Assembly (NCBI GenBank): GCA_965214405.1
Contig: OZ243956.1
Location: forward strand, 3,424,001 to 3,488,000
Direction of reading: 5' to 3'
DNA from: Trueperaceae bacterium
GTDB lineage: Bacteria > Deinococcota > Deinococci > Deinococcales > Trueperaceae
DNA length: 64,000 bases
The position numbers and the translations under genes are program-made. Position 1 is the stretch's first letter. Each line of letters starts with the position of its first letter. Shown piece after piece: positions 48,629 through 59,591 of this stretch. The notes under the pieces were generated by a model, which searched no databases, was not told where the DNA came from, and saw only the letters and a program-made list of their open reading frames with translations.

Positions 48629-51600
48629 TTACTGGGCAACGTCGCCGCTGTCGTACTTGGCGACGAAGGCGTCACCACTGCCCGCGCTCGTTTTACCGGG
48701 GAGGCTGCCGTAGGTGGACCCGCTCACGTAGACGTTGCCGTCGGCGTCGGTGGCGACGCCGTAACCCTGGTCATAAGTGCTGCTGCCGAACTGCTCGACC
48801 CACTTCTGAACGCCGCCGCTGTCGTACTTGGCGACGAAGACGTCGTAATCGCCCGCGCTCGTGTTGCCGGGGAGGCTGCCGCTGGTGGACCCGCTCACGT
48901 AGACGTTGCCGCTGGCGTCGGTGGCGACGCCGTAAGCCCGGTCATAAGTGCTGCTGCCGAACTGCTCGACCCACTTCTGAACGCCGCCGCTGTCGTACTT
49001 GGCGACGAAGACGTCGTAATCGCCCGCGCTCGTGTTGCCGGGGAGGCTGCCGTAGGTGGACCCGCTCACGTAGACGTTGCCGCTGGCGTCGGTGGCGACG
49101 CCGTAAGCCTGGTCATAAGTGCTGCTGCCGAACTGCTCGACCCACTTCTGAACGCCGCCGCTGTCGTACTTGGCGACGAAGGCGTCGGCATCGCCCGCGC
49201 TCGTGTTGCCGGGGAGGCTGCCGTAGGTGGACCCGCTCACGTAGACGTTGCCGCTGGCGTCGGTGGCGACGCCGTAAGCATCGTCATGAGTGCTGGTACC
49301 GAACTGCTCGACCCACTTCTGAACGCCGCCGCTGTCGTACTTGGCGACGAAGGCGTCCCAGCCGCCCGCGCTCGTTTTGCCGGGGAGGCTGCCGTAGGTG
49401 GACCCGCTCACGTAGACGTTGCCGCTGGCGTCGGTGGCGACGCCGTAAGCATCGTCATGAGTGCTGGTACCGAACTGCTCGACCCACTTCTGAACGCCGC
49501 CGCTGTCGTACTTGGCGACGAAGGCGTCCCAATCGCCCGCGCTCGTGTTGCCGGGGAGGCTGCCGCTGGTGGACCCGCTCACGTAGACGTTGCCGTCGGC
49601 GTCGGTGGCGACGCCGTAAGCATGGTCAGTAGAGCTGCTGCCGAACTGCTTGACCCACTTCTGAACGCCGCCGCTGTCGTACTTGGCGACGAAGACGTCC
49701 CAATCGCCCGCGCTCGTGTTGCCGGGGAGGCTGCCGTAGGTGGACCCGCTCACGTAGACGTTGCCGTCGGCGTCGGTGGCGACGCTGTGAGCCTTGTCAG
49801 TAGAGCTGGTGCCGAACTGTACAGGCCACGCTACCGCCTGCACCACCGTGACGGATCGGGTCGCCTCAACCTTGTTGCCCGCCGCGTCGCTGGCAACGGC
49901 TTTCAGGGTGTAGCTGCCCGCTGCTGCCGGGGTGTAGGGGAGGCTCCAGTCGCCGTTGCTGGGCGTTGTGCTGCCAAGCGAGGTCTCGCTCCCGCCCTTG
50001 ACCTCGAACACCTCGACCTTGCTCACGTCTGCGTTGTCGCTGGCTGTGCCCGTCAGGGTTACTTTCTCGCCCACGGTCAGCTTGCCGGGGTCGTTCAGGG
50101 TGACGGTGGGGGCGGTGTCGTCTACGTCGGTCACGGTGACGGTAAAAGCTTCTTCAAAGCTGGCGTCGCCGTCACTCACCTTCACACGGACGCTGTAGCT
50201 GTTCTTGTTTTCAAAGTCGAAACTGGCGTCGGTCTTCAGCTCGTCGCCGCTGATGCTAAAGCTGGCGTTGTCATCGTCACCTGCACCCGCAACCAGGCTG
50301 TACGTAAAGCTGGTGCTGTCGATGTCGCTGGCGCTGAAGGTGCCGACTACCGTGCCTGCGGGCTCGTTTTCGGTCACGCTGTTGTTGTCCAAGCTCAAGC
50401 TACTGGGCGCGTCGTTCACGCTCTTGACGGTTACAGAGACCGCTACGCTGTCGCTACCGCCGTTGCCGTCGCTCACACCTACCGTAAAGCTGTCCTCGCC
50501 AAAGTAGTTCTCACTGGGTGCGTAACTCACCTCGCCCTGCGCGTTCACGCTCGCCTGGCCGTGGGCCGCGGGGGCGCTTACGCCCCAGGTGAGGGTGTCG
50601 TTGTCATCGTCACCGGCGCTGAGGCTGAGCGTGCCGCTCTCGTCCTCGTTAACCGTCAAGGTGACCGTCTCGTCTCCTTCGATAACCGGGGCGTCGTTGA
50701 CATTGTTGACGGTAAGGGTGAAGGTGTCGCTCGCGTTTGCGCCGTCTTCATCCGTGGCCGTCACGGTGATGCTGAGGCTGCCGACATCCGCGTTGCCGGG
50801 GGTGCCGCTGAAGCCGCCGTCTGTGAAGCTCAGCCAGGCGGGCAGGACGCCACCATCTTCTAAAGTAGCACTGTAGGTGAGCGTGTCGCCCTCGTCCACA
50901 TCGCTGAAGTTTGCTGAGACGTTCAAGCTGAACGCTTTGTCTTCATCAATGTTCTTGTCACCGATAGCGCTCGCCGTCGGCGCGTCGTTCACTGCCGTCA
51001 CGGTGAGGCTGACGGTGACAACGTCGGAATCGTCCGAGCCGTCATTGGCCTTGAAGGTAAAGCTGTCTGGGCCGACGTAGTTGTTGTCGGGGGTATAGAT
51101 CAGTTGCCGCGCGTCGCTCGGCGCTAGCCCGCTCGGCTGGAACGCGCAGTTCGTCGAGGGCGAACCGTTCAAGCTCGTCTGGCAAGGGCTTGGGTTCGGG
51201 AAAGAAAGGCTGCCGTGGCCGGGTTGCGTCACAACCTCGTAGGTCAACGCGTCGCCGTCCGCGTCGCTGCCGGAGAGCGCGATGTCGAGCGGGGTGTCTT
51301 CTTTGGTTTCAACCGTTTGCGCTTTAGCTACAGGCGCGTCGTTGACCACACCCAGGTTAACCGTGACGGTCGCCTCCGCCGAGGTTGCCTCGCCGTCTGA
51401 GACGGTAAAGGTAAACACGTCCGCACCGTTCTCGTTCTCTTCGGGGGTATAGGTCACCTCGCCTGTTTCCTGATTGATGCTGCCCAAGCTGCCTTTCGTT
51501 GGCTCTATAACGATAGCAAAGTTCAGTGTAGTGCTCTCTACATCGCTACCTGTCAGGGTGAGGACTTTGGGCGTGTCCTCTTCAGTGCTCACTTCTTGGG

Positions 51601-52846
51601 CGTTGGCTACCGGCGTGTCGTTAAGCGCGTTTATCGTGATCGACACCTTTGCCTCCGCCGAGGTCGCACCGCCATCCGAGACGGTGAAGGTGAAGGAATC
51701 TGCACCGTTATAGTTCTCGCCGGGCGTGTAGATCACCTCCCCCGTTGTTCGGTTGATGTCACCTAAGCTGCCTTTACCCGGCTGCTTAACGACGGCAAAG
51801 CTCAGTGCGTCGTCCTCGGCGTCGCCGCCCGCGAGGGTGACGAGGACGGGAACGTCCTCATCGGTCGTGACGCTCTGCGCCTTGGCAACCGGCGCGTCAT
51901 TAACCACGCCTAAGTTGACCGTCACCGTGGCCGGGGCGGAGGTTTTCTCGCCGTCCGAGACCGTAAAGGTGAAGGTGTCCGCGCCGTTCTCGTTCGCTCC
52001 GGGGGTGTAGGTCACCTCGCCCGTACTCTGGTTGATGGTGCCCAAGCCGCCCTTGCTCGGCTGTGTAGCAATCGCAAAGGTGAGCGCGTCACCCTCCGGG
52101 TCGTTGCCCGTCAGGGTGATGGTGACCGGCGTGTCCTCTTCGGTACTGACCTCTTGGGCGGTCGCTGTGGGCGCGTCGTTTACATCCCCAACGGTGAGCG
52201 TGACCGTCGCCACGGCAGAGGTTGCCTTGCCGTCGGACACGGTAAAGGTGAAGGAGTCTTTGCCGCTATAGTCTTGCTTAGGGGTGTAGAGCAGCTTCGG
52301 CGCGTCACCTGAGAGCTTGCCGTAAGCAGGGGCCGTCACGATGGTGTAGGTGAGCGCGTCGCCGTCCGGATCGCTGCCTGTGAGCGTGACCGCGATGGGC
52401 GCGTCTTCGGGTGTGCTGAACGACTGGCCTTTGGCGCTGGGCGCGCGGTTCCCGGCGGCCACCGGCTCGTTTTCTTCGGTGGCAACCATCGCGGAAGAAC
52501 TCACCTCGCCGTCCGCGGTGACGCCGTAGCGGTAGAGCGTGCCGGGGGTGACGCTGGTGTCTTCGTATTCCGTAACATTCTCCGCCACGCTGTCGAGCTT
52601 GCTAAAGGCTGAGGCTTGCTGGGTGCCGAGACCCGCGGCGTCTGCGGAAGCCTCGCGCCTGTAGATGGTAAAGCCTGTTTCGTTGTCGCTTCTATCCTGC
52701 CAGCGCAGCGTGACCACGCCCTCGCCGGGGGTGGCGGTGAGGCCGGTAGGGGCCGTGGGTACATCCCTTGTAGCATCGCCCCCGCAGGCTGCGAGCAGCA
52801 GGGCGATCAGTAGAGACCAAAGGGTCATGTGGAGCTTACGGTGCAT
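48629..52846 (-). CDS. Large surface lipoprotein/adhesin: FN3, tandem Ig/cadherin-like repeats and a C-terminal 7-blade SBBP-like beta-propeller
   Basis: LAAC lipobox, [18 protein letters not shown] repeats, 7 x 57-aa [15 protein letters not shown] repeats. Confidence 0.88.
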   Translation of the reverse strand: MHRKLHMTLWSLLIALLLAACGGDATRDVPTAPTGLTATPGEGVVTLRWQDRSDNETGFTIYRREASADAAGLGTQQASAFSKLDSVAENVTEYEDTSVTPGTLYRYGVTADGEVSSSAMVATEENEPVAAGNRAPSAKGQSFSTPEDAPIAVTLTGSDPDGDALTYTIVTAPAYGKLSGDAPKLLYTPKQDYSGKDSFTFTVSDGKATSAVATVTLTVGDVNDAPTATAQEVSTEEDTPVTITLTGNDPEGDALTFAIATQPSKGGLGTINQSTGEVTYTPGANENGADTFTFTVSDGEKTSAPATVTVNLGVVNDAPVAKAQSVTTDEDVPVLVTLAGGDAEDDALSFAVVKQPGKGSLGDINRTTGEVIYTPGENYNGADSFTFTVSDGGATSAEAKVSITINALNDTPVANAQEVSTEEDTPKVLTLTGSDVESTTLNFAIVIEPTKGSLGSINQETGEVTYTPEENENGADVFTFTVSDGEATSAEATVTVNLGVVNDAPVAKAQTVETKEDTPLDIALSGSDADGDALTYEVVTQPGHGSLSFPNPSPCQTSLNGSPSTNCAFQPSGLAPSDARQLIYTPDNNYVGPDSFTFKANDGSDDSDVVTVSLTVTAVNDAPTASAIGDKNIDEDKAFSLNVSANFSDVDEGDTLTYSATLEDGGVLPAWLSFTDGGFSGTPGNADVGSLSITVTATDEDGANASDTFTLTVNNVNDAPVIEGDETVTLTVNEDESGTLSLSAGDDDNDTLTWGVSAPAAHGQASVNAQGEVSYAPSENYFGEDSFTVGVSDGNGGSDSVAVSVTVKSVNDAPSSLSLDNNSVTENEPAGTVVGTFSASDIDSTSFTYSLVAGAGDDDNASFSISGDELKTDASFDFENKNSYSVRVKVSDGDASFEEAFTVTVTDVDDTAPTVTLNDPGKLTVGEKVTLTGTASDNADVSKVEVFEVKGGSETSLGSTTPSNGDWSLPYTPAAAGSYTLKAVASDAAGNKVEATRSVTVVQAVAWPVQFGTSSTDKAHSVATDADGNVYVSGSTYGSLPGNTSAGDWDVFVAKYDSGGVQKWVKQFGSSSTDHAYGVATDADGNVYVSGSTSGSLPGNTSAGDWDAFVAKYDSGGVQKWVEQFGTSTHDDAYGVATDASGNVYVSGSTYGSLPGKTSAGGWDAFVAKYDSGGVQKWVEQFGTSTHDDAYGVATDASGNVYVSGSTYGSLPGNTSAGDADAFVAKYDSGGVQKWVEQFGSSTYDQAYGVATDASGNVYVSGSTYGSLPGNTSAGDYDVFVAKYDSGGVQKWVEQFGSSTYDRAYGVATDASGNVYVSGSTSGSLPGNTSAGDYDVFVAKYDSGGVQKWVEQFGSSTYDQGYGVATDADGNVYVSGSTYGSLPGKTSAGSGDAFVAKYDSGDVAQ
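48645..49820 (-). repeat. Seven near-identical 171-bp tandem coding repeats
   Basis: GTCGTACTTGGCGACGAAG recurs with a 171-nt period (48650, 48821 and onward). Confidence 0.95.
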
Positions 52847-53109
52847 GTAACCATCCTCCCAAAACGCTTGACTGACCTGCCCACAAAGGCGAGCGAGGTT
52901 GCGTTTCGTGAGCTAAGCGTAAAGAAAAGATGAGGGCGTTTGTGCGCAGAACTTAACGTGTAGCGGGTGCGTGTGGGATTTTCTACGACGTGTTTTTGAC
53001 TGGGAGTGATTCTACTTGCGCAAACAGACAGAACAGACGTATGTTAGCCCCTCTTGCGCATTAGGGAATGTCTGCGGCTGGACGGGCGAACCAATGTAAC
53101 TTGCGCACC

Positions 53110-54237
53110 TTATCTCAAATTCACCCTGGCCCCCAGCAAATAAAGCCCCAGCCCCGCCAGCAGCCCATTTCCCGCCCAGACCCCCAACCACACGGGCAGG
53201 GTGCCCGCCTGTGCGAGAAGTTGGCCGACAGTGAGGAGCAAGTACCACGCGAGCGTCACGACGAGCGATAAACCAAAGGCGACCGCGCGGGAGCGGGCGT
53301 AGAGGAGCGCTAAGGGGACCGCCACGAGCAGCAGCGTGAGGTTGGCGAAGGGCTCGGCCAGCTTGCGGTGAAAGAGCGCCGCCGCTGTCCGGCGTTCGCC
53401 AACGGGTAAGGCCAAGTCGCGGGCGTCCTCATAAGCCCCCCGCACCGACCGACTGTCCTCAAACCCGCCGCCGCTAAAACGGGTGACGAGGTCGTCATAG
53501 GAGACGGGCAGGGTGACGCGCAGGCTCGAGTCCGGGTTCGGCGCGCGGCTGTCGGCACGTAAAAGTGTGCGCAAGAAAGCCTCAGCATCACCCTCTGGAC
53601 GCGACAACGCGGCAAAATCCACGACACTTGTGTGGTAACCGTAAAGCTCGAGCCCCCCGTCCATAAACCTCGCCCGGTCCGCAAAAACCACGGTCAGCGT
53701 CCGGTCTTGCCAGGACTCGAGCCTCACGCCAAACATCTCATCCGTCGCGCGGTCCGTCGTGCTAAAACGGAGACTCGTGTCGCCCAGCGGCAGGTTTTGT
53801 TCGGCCAAACGGTAGAGCCCGCTGCCGCCGCTCGTCAACTCCCAATAGAGTGCGCCAACCCGCGCGTTGGTCGTGGGCAGCACCCGCTCGTTGAGAAGGA
53901 GCGCCCCCGCCGCGGCGAGGAGGCCCAGGAGGATGAATACCCTTGCCAACCGCCCCAGCGCCACGCCCCCCGCCTGCGCCGCCAGAAGTTCGCTGTCCGC
54001 GCTCAAACGGCCAAAGGTCAGCAGCACCGCCAAAAGGAGCGCGATGGGCAGCGTTTGCACCGCGGCGGCGGGGACTTGCAGTGCCAGCCAGCCCAGCAGC
54101 GGCCCCAGCGGCGCGCCCACAATCCACCCCAAGCGTGGCAGGGTCACGCTGACCACCGCCAGCGTGCTGTACAAAAGGAGGCCGAAGACAAAGGGTGGCA
54201 GGCTCTCTTTAAGAAGGTAGCGGTCAAGGCGTTTCAT
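53110..54237 (-). CDS. LptF/LptG (YjgP/YjgQ) family permease
   Basis: MKRLDRYLLKE, GRLSADSELLA..AGG and HRKLAEP motifs. Confidence 0.88.
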   Translation of the reverse strand: MKRLDRYLLKESLPPFVFGLLLYSTLAVVSVTLPRLGWIVGAPLGPLLGWLALQVPAAAVQTLPIALLLAVLLTFGRLSADSELLAAQAGGVALGRLARVFILLGLLAAAGALLLNERVLPTTNARVGALYWELTSGGSGLYRLAEQNLPLGDTSLRFSTTDRATDEMFGVRLESWQDRTLTVVFADRARFMDGGLELYGYHTSVVDFAALSRPEGDAEAFLRTLLRADSRAPNPDSSLRVTLPVSYDDLVTRFSGGGFEDSRSVRGAYEDARDLALPVGERRTAAALFHRKLAEPFANLTLLLVAVPLALLYARSRAVAFGLSLVVTLAWYLLLTVGQLLAQAGTLPVWLGVWAGNGLLAGLGLYLLGARVNLR

Positions 54238-54241
54238 GGAA

Positions 54242-56203
54242 TTACGGGGCGCTCGGCTCGAGCGCAAACGTCGTCGTCGCCTCGTCGCGGAGTTGTTTGT
54301 AACCTGCCGTAACGGTGCCGCAGCAGCTCCGGTAGGTGAATGAAAGCCCGGCACCCGAGACGCGCAAGGGACCCGCGCCCGTCAGCGGTCCCGCTAGATT
54401 GAGAGCTATAAAAGGCTCGAGCACTAACCTCTCACCCACATGAAGCGGCGCGCTTCCTGACACCTCCACCACGTCCAACCGCCTCACCTCCGGCAGAAGA
54501 TTGTAACGCGCGTAGAGGCCCGCCCCAAAGTTATCGTTGGCAAGACCCACGCCCGCCGCGACAAAGGCGCGGGTGTCCGGGTCGAAACGGGTCTCGAGCA
54601 CGCGGGCAAGCTCTAAATCAAAAGTTGGCGTGACGATAAAAGAAGCCGTGGGCAGCGCCGCGCGTGCGGAGAGAAAAAAAGTCCGAAAGGAATTTTTATT
54701 GGGTTCGGGCAAAAAGTTGTAAGCAAACGTTGTGGTGACGCCCGCGTTTCCCCCACCTCTTAAGTCACCCGTTACGGTGGCGTTGCCGAGAAGAGCGCTC
54801 ACGGGCTCGAGCCGGTCCAGCCGGACGGAAAAGGGCGAGGCGCTGTTGGTCAAGAGCCGGTCAAAGGTCAGGGTGCCTGTGAAGGGAGGGCGCTCGAGCC
54901 GCCAACTCGGCGCAACGCGGAAACCGTACTGAACTTTGTCAAAAGTAGGATAAACGCTCACGCTGGCCCCCGTGCGGAGGCCGAACCGGCCCAGCGGGGT
55001 CTCGGGAGAGGTGTAAATGGCCTCGGCAGACGCGGCTATGCGCGGCGCTATAACGAACGCGTCCCCCAGCTTTTGCCCCGAAACGGCGGCGGTCGCGTTG
55101 CCACTAAAGCGCAGGCTGTCGTCACTCAAGGGTCCAGGCCAGGTATGCGCGCCGTCAAGGCTCACAGCACCCTCGCGTAAGAAATCCTCCAGCGCCCAAA
55201 GATGATTACGGAGGCCGAAGCTCACCGTAAACGCGTCGTTTAGAGGCTCGAGAAAACGCACGTCAGCCTGAACGCCCCAGGGTCCGCGCCCGACGGTCAC
55301 GCCCAAACCCGGCCTGTCCAAGTGGAGGAGGCCGAACGGTGCGGAAGGGCGCGTCTCACCCACGCCGGTAAACCCGGTAGAGAGCGCGAAGCCGTTACGA
55401 AGCGGGAGCCGAGTAAGTTGAAGAGTGCGGCCTACGCCCTCAAGCGTGTCAACGCGCACCGGCAGCCTGAGGCTCGAGGGGTCGGACAAGTCCAACTCGG
55501 GCGCAAGTTTAAGCGCCGCGCCGCCCACATTCAGCACCCCGTTACGGACCGAAACCCACCCCGCTTCCTCCACCCGAAGCTCAGGTGAGGAGACGGTGTA
55601 GAGCGGCGGGCCGCACGTGCAGGTCGTCGCCACGGCCTCGTCAAAAACCAGCGTCTCGCCCGAAAGGGTCGCGCGCGCGCCGCTCACCCGGTAGCCTCGG
55701 CCCAAGGCCCACACGTCGTCCAGCGTAAATTCACCCGTGGAAAACGTGTAAGTGGCGCGCGCCGCCGCGCCCGTGACCGTTCTCTCCAGGCCACCCCTAA
55801 ACCACACCTCTGTAAGCTGCATCGCCGCGCTGTCGGTAAGAAGCGTGTCGCCCTCGAGCCTCCACTCTCCTACCCAAAGCACCGCCGCAGACGTGGTAAT
55901 AACGGGCTCCGTGCTCACATTTGCGGCTTGGAGCGAGGCGGCCTCGAGCCTCCAGCCCTCACCCCGGACGCAGACGCCGTTGGTGAGCGTAGCCGCGTCC
56001 TCTTTTTGGTTGAAGTCGAGGTCGCCAAAGGTCGCGGTGCCCAAGCCGGTAAGCTCGAGCCTCGGGCTACTCGGCAGCCTCTCGCAGAGCGTTTGCGCCT
56101 CTTGCAGGGTTGGACGAAGGATTGAAACCGTTTCCTGAGCCAGCGTTTGGGTCAGGACGCTCGAGACCATCAAAAACATAAAGACAAGCCGGGGCCACCT
56201 CAA
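54242..56203 (-). CDS. LptD-like outer-membrane protein
   Basis: Signal peptide, jellyroll-like N-terminus with TTCTC, beta-rich C-terminus with CC. Located between lptA-like and lptF/G-like genes. Confidence 0.6.
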   Translation of the reverse strand: MRWPRLVFMFLMVSSVLTQTLAQETVSILRPTLQEAQTLCERLPSSPRLELTGLGTATFGDLDFNQKEDAATLTNGVCVRGEGWRLEAASLQAANVSTEPVITTSAAVLWVGEWRLEGDTLLTDSAAMQLTEVWFRGGLERTVTGAAARATYTFSTGEFTLDDVWALGRGYRVSGARATLSGETLVFDEAVATTCTCGPPLYTVSSPELRVEEAGWVSVRNGVLNVGGAALKLAPELDLSDPSSLRLPVRVDTLEGVGRTLQLTRLPLRNGFALSTGFTGVGETRPSAPFGLLHLDRPGLGVTVGRGPWGVQADVRFLEPLNDAFTVSFGLRNHLWALEDFLREGAVSLDGAHTWPGPLSDDSLRFSGNATAAVSGQKLGDAFVIAPRIAASAEAIYTSPETPLGRFGLRTGASVSVYPTFDKVQYGFRVAPSWRLERPPFTGTLTFDRLLTNSASPFSVRLDRLEPVSALLGNATVTGDLRGGGNAGVTTTFAYNFLPEPNKNSFRTFFLSARAALPTASFIVTPTFDLELARVLETRFDPDTRAFVAAGVGLANDNFGAGLYARYNLLPEVRRLDVVEVSGSAPLHVGERLVLEPFIALNLAGPLTGAGPLRVSGAGLSFTYRSCCGTVTAGYKQLRDEATTTFALEPSAP

Positions 56204-56205
56204 GG

Positions 56206-56847
56206 TCAGGGCAGGTAGGGCTCGAGGCGGGTTTGAAGCGCCGGGTCTACGGTTGTACTCGCCTCGAAGTCCGTCTCGTCCGCGCCCCAGGTGAGACTTA
56301 GGAAATCCTTGGTTTCGCTCTGGAGGGTGAGCGGCCCACTTTGGTAAAGATAGGGTCCCACCACCAGCGCCGCGTTTTGCTGGAGGTCCACGAGCAAGGC
56401 GGCAGCTTGGAGCGCGGGCGTCTCGCTCGAGAGACTTCCCGCCGCCACCGCGACCTCGTCGGCAAGGTGGAGCGTCAGCGTGTCCGACCGGAGCGCTAAA
56501 TCCTCGCCCTTAAAGGTGACGCCGCCTGTGGCCTCGAGGGTCTGCGCGTTCGTATCAAGCCGAACCGTGGGGGCGGCAAGCGAACCAAACTCTCCTGCCA
56601 CCTCTCCGTCCGTCACCTCGACATAATCGCTCTCTTTGTACGTCACCAGACTCCCTGATAGAGTCACGCCGCTCTCCGCATCCACGATTTCGCCGCCCTG
56701 TGGCAGCGTAGTGACGCCCGTGGCTAGGTCCACCGTCTGGTCACCGTAGGGGGTGATCTGGAGGGCCGCGAAGGGTGCTGTTTGGGCGAGCGCGAGGGGC
56801 GCGATAAGGGTCAGAAGCGTGAAAACACCAAGACGCAAAAGAAGCAT
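56206..56847 (-). CDS. LptA/OstA-like periplasmic protein
   Basis: Signal peptide, LEATGGV jellyroll-like strands, operon context. Confidence 0.5.
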   Translation of the reverse strand: MLLLRLGVFTLLTLIAPLALAQTAPFAALQITPYGDQTVDLATGVTTLPQGGEIVDAESGVTLSGSLVTYKESDYVEVTDGEVAGEFGSLAAPTVRLDTNAQTLEATGGVTFKGEDLALRSDTLTLHLADEVAVAAGSLSSETPALQAAALLVDLQQNAALVVGPYLYQSGPLTLQSETKDFLSLTWGADETDFEASTTVDPALQTRLEPYLP

Positions 56848-56909
56848 GGTGGTCAGTCTACCGTGACCACCATGAGAAGGGGGCTGGATTCTTTAGATAA
56901 AAGCGGGCT

Positions 56910-58130
56910 TTAGGAAGGCCCCAGCGCGACCGTCAGCATATGGTCGAAGGGCCGCTCTGCAAGAAGCGCGGCGGCGTCCTCCGGGGTGGTCGCCATGATG
57001 GCGTCGACAACTTCTTGGACCGTCTTGTATTCGCCCGTGTAGAGGTAGCTCGTCCCAAAGGACATGAGCCGCCCGAAAGGCGTTTCGCCGCGCAGGGTGA
57101 GGCCGGTCGCCAGTTTGCGCTGCGCCCGCGTCCACTCGTCTGCGGTGACGCCCTCGTCTTGGGCGGTTTGCAGGGTCTCGAGGTACGTCTTCAGAACCCC
57201 GTTAAGTTCCTCCGGCGCGGTGGACACGTAGCCCACAAACGCGCCCGCCCCGTCCGCGCTGTCGTGCGACAACGAAGCGTTGTCCGCCAAGCCCTTGTCC
57301 ACCAAAGCCCAATAGAGGCGGCTACCCTCGCCGCCACCCAGCGCGTTGGCGAGCACCGAGGCGGCGTAGCGCCGCGGGTCCTGGGCGCTCACGCCGGGGG
57401 CGTAGGCGGCCACGTGGACGCGGGTGAGTTTGGGGTCTTGAAGCGTTTCTTGACCGCTCGAGGGCTTAAGAATTGGATAGTCACGCCCCGCCTCGCTCGG
57501 CCTCCAGCCCTCGGTGAGGCTCGCTACTTGGTTTACAACCTTGTCCCACACATAGTTTCCCGCCACCGCCAGCGTGAGGTTGTCCGCCGCGTAGCGCGCC
57601 TCGAAGTAGCGGAGCATGGCGTCACGCTCCAAAGCAGTAATCGAATCCACCGAACCCAACACGGAGTTGCCCAGCGGATGACTGCTATAAAAGAGCCGGT
57701 TGCCCTCCTCAAACACCTTGAACGAAGGCCGGTCTTCGTACATGGCGATTTCTTCTAAAATGACATTCTTTTCTAAATCAAAGTCTTCGTTACGCAGCGC
57801 GGGGCGCATCATGTCCGAAAGAAGGTCCAAAAGCCGTTCGCCGCGTTCGGGCAAGACCGCGCCGTAGTAGACGGTGCGCTCGTCCGACGTGTAGGCGTTG
57901 TAGTTGGCCCCGAGTTCGTCGAATTCGCGGTTGATGTCCTCGGGCGAGCGCCGGGCGGTGCCCTTAAACATCATGTGCTCTAAAAAATGCGACACCCCCG
58001 CCACCTCGGGCGTCTCGTCTCGAGCGCCCGTCTTGACGAAGTAGCCCGCCGCAAAGGTTTGCGCCTGCGGGTTGTGCTCGCCGATGATGGTGAGGCCGTT
58101 GTCAAGGGTGGTTTTATCAAAGTGAATCAC
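56910..58130 (-). CDS. M16 zinc peptidase, catalytic subunit
   Basis: HFLEHMMFKGT (HXXEH), NAYTS. Confidence 0.93.
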   Translation of the reverse strand: MIHFDKTTLDNGLTIIGEHNPQAQTFAAGYFVKTGARDETPEVAGVSHFLEHMMFKGTARRSPEDINREFDELGANYNAYTSDERTVYYGAVLPERGERLLDLLSDMMRPALRNEDFDLEKNVILEEIAMYEDRPSFKVFEEGNRLFYSSHPLGNSVLGSVDSITALERDAMLRYFEARYAADNLTLAVAGNYVWDKVVNQVASLTEGWRPSEAGRDYPILKPSSGQETLQDPKLTRVHVAAYAPGVSAQDPRRYAASVLANALGGGEGSRLYWALVDKGLADNASLSHDSADGAGAFVGYVSTAPEELNGVLKTYLETLQTAQDEGVTADEWTRAQRKLATGLTLRGETPFGRLMSFGTSYLYTGEYKTVQEVVDAIMATTPEDAAALLAERPFDHMLTVALGPS

Positions 58131-59413
58131 GCGCCTACCTCCACGGCGTCAGAGTCTAAATTGGGGTCTAATGCTTTGGGTCCTAAAGTCAGCACCGTGA
58201 ATTCCGGTGCGGGGCGCTCAGCCAAAAAGCGGTTGAGGTCGTCCAAAGTCACAGCTTGAACGGCTTCCTTGGTCTCCTGCACGGGACGCGGCGCGCCGCG
58301 CAAAAAGGTGTCGCGGGCCAAGGCGCTCGCCCTCGCGCCGCTCGACTCGCCCTGCATCACGAGTTGCGATAAGATGCCGGTGCGGGCGCGCTCGAGTTCT
58401 TCCTCGCTCACCCCGTCGTGAACGCGGGTGAGTTCGTTGAGGAGCACGCTCAAAGTTTCGTCGGCGCGCTCGGGCGTCGTGCCCGCGTAGCCCAGTGTGT
58501 AGCCGAAACCCCGCACCACCCGGCTCACCGCGGCCACGCTGTAGACGAGGCCGCGCTTTTCGCGGACTTCGGTAAAGAGGCGCGAGCCCATCCCGCCGCT
58601 CAGCACGCCCGTCGCCAGCGCGTTTTCGTACCAGCCGGGCGCGTCGGGGGCCACGGCCTCGTACGCCACGCCAATCTGGACTTGCGAGGTGTCGGCGTCC
58701 GTGTGCGCCTGGTGCGGCGGCGCGACCTCCGCCTCCGGCAGCGCGGGCGCGTCTCCCGTCCAGTCGCCGAACAGCGTCTCGACAAGCTCGAGCAGCGGCT
58801 CCCAGGTCACGCCCCCCGCGACGGCCAAAATCAGCCCCTGCGGCGACACGCGCCGCGCGTAGTCGGCACGCACATTCTCGACCGCGAGCGCCTTTAGGCC
58901 CTCTTCGGTCCCGTACGACGAGCGTCCGTGGGGCGAGGCGAAGTAACTTTTTGAGAGTGCCTGAAAGAGGCGCTGCGTCGGGTTGTCGCCCAGCGAGGCG
59001 AGTTCCTGGAGCGCCAAGGTGCGCGCGGGCTCAAACTCGTTATCCTCGAGGGCGGGGCGGCGGAGGATGTCGGCGTAAAGGGGCAGCGTCTCGCCTAACG
59101 TGTCCGCCAGCAGCGAGGCCGACAGCGTCGCGTACTCGGTGCCCGCGCCGCCGCCGCGTCGGACGCCTAAAGCGTCGAGCGCGTCGGAAAGCTCCCTCGA
59201 ACTCCGCCCCCCCGCACCGCGGTAGAGCAGGTCGTTCAAGACCGTCGCGTTCCCCTCCTCACCCGCGGGATCGCCCAGCGAGCCGACGGGCATAAGAAAC
59301 TGAAACGAGGCCGAGGGCAGCCAGGGCATGGGCTCGAGCAGCAGCGTAAAGCCGTTGGGCAGCCTCTTCTGCCTAATTTGTGTGTCTTCTTTCTTGTTCA
59401 TATTTGTAGTCAT
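58127..59413 (-). CDS. M16 peptidase-like subunit lacking HXXEH
   Basis: LPNG start, SRLFTEVREKRGLVY. TATACT 7 nt before ATG 59413. Confidence 0.88.
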   Translation of the reverse strand: MTTNMNKKEDTQIRQKRLPNGFTLLLEPMPWLPSASFQFLMPVGSLGDPAGEEGNATVLNDLLYRGAGGRSSRELSDALDALGVRRGGGAGTEYATLSASLLADTLGETLPLYADILRRPALEDNEFEPARTLALQELASLGDNPTQRLFQALSKSYFASPHGRSSYGTEEGLKALAVENVRADYARRVSPQGLILAVAGGVTWEPLLELVETLFGDWTGDAPALPEAEVAPPHQAHTDADTSQVQIGVAYEAVAPDAPGWYENALATGVLSGGMGSRLFTEVREKRGLVYSVAAVSRVVRGFGYTLGYAGTTPERADETLSVLLNELTRVHDGVSEEELERARTGILSQLVMQGESSGARASALARDTFLRGAPRPVQETKEAVQAVTLDDLNRFLAERPAPEFTVLTLGPKALDPNLDSDAVEVGA

Positions 59414-59567
59414 AGCCCCAAGTATAGCCCTCGAGGGTGTGGTGGGGATGTTGTTGGTGAGGAGAGATGGGGAGATGAGGAGGTAGGGAGATAGGGAGAA
59501 AAAACGTGTGACTTCGTTCTTACACACCGCATATCGTGTTATGTATCTTCCGACACAACCCACTATT

Positions 59568-59591
59568 ATTGCAAAGCGTAATGTTTGCAAT
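59568..59591. promoter_or_regulatory. Putative MarR operator ATTGCAAA-N8-TTTGCAAT overlapping the -10 box
   Basis: Perfect 8-bp inverted repeat ending 1 nt before the GTG start of marR. Confidence 0.7.

Noticed and set aside
48645..49820. CRISPR array or DGR template/variable repeat
   Set aside because: The units are 171-bp in-frame coding repeats without unique spacers, and no cas or reverse transcriptase gene is in the window.
49286..50863. 525-aa ORF on the + strand
   Set aside because: Antisense shadow of the repetitive adhesin gene, with no recognisable motifs.
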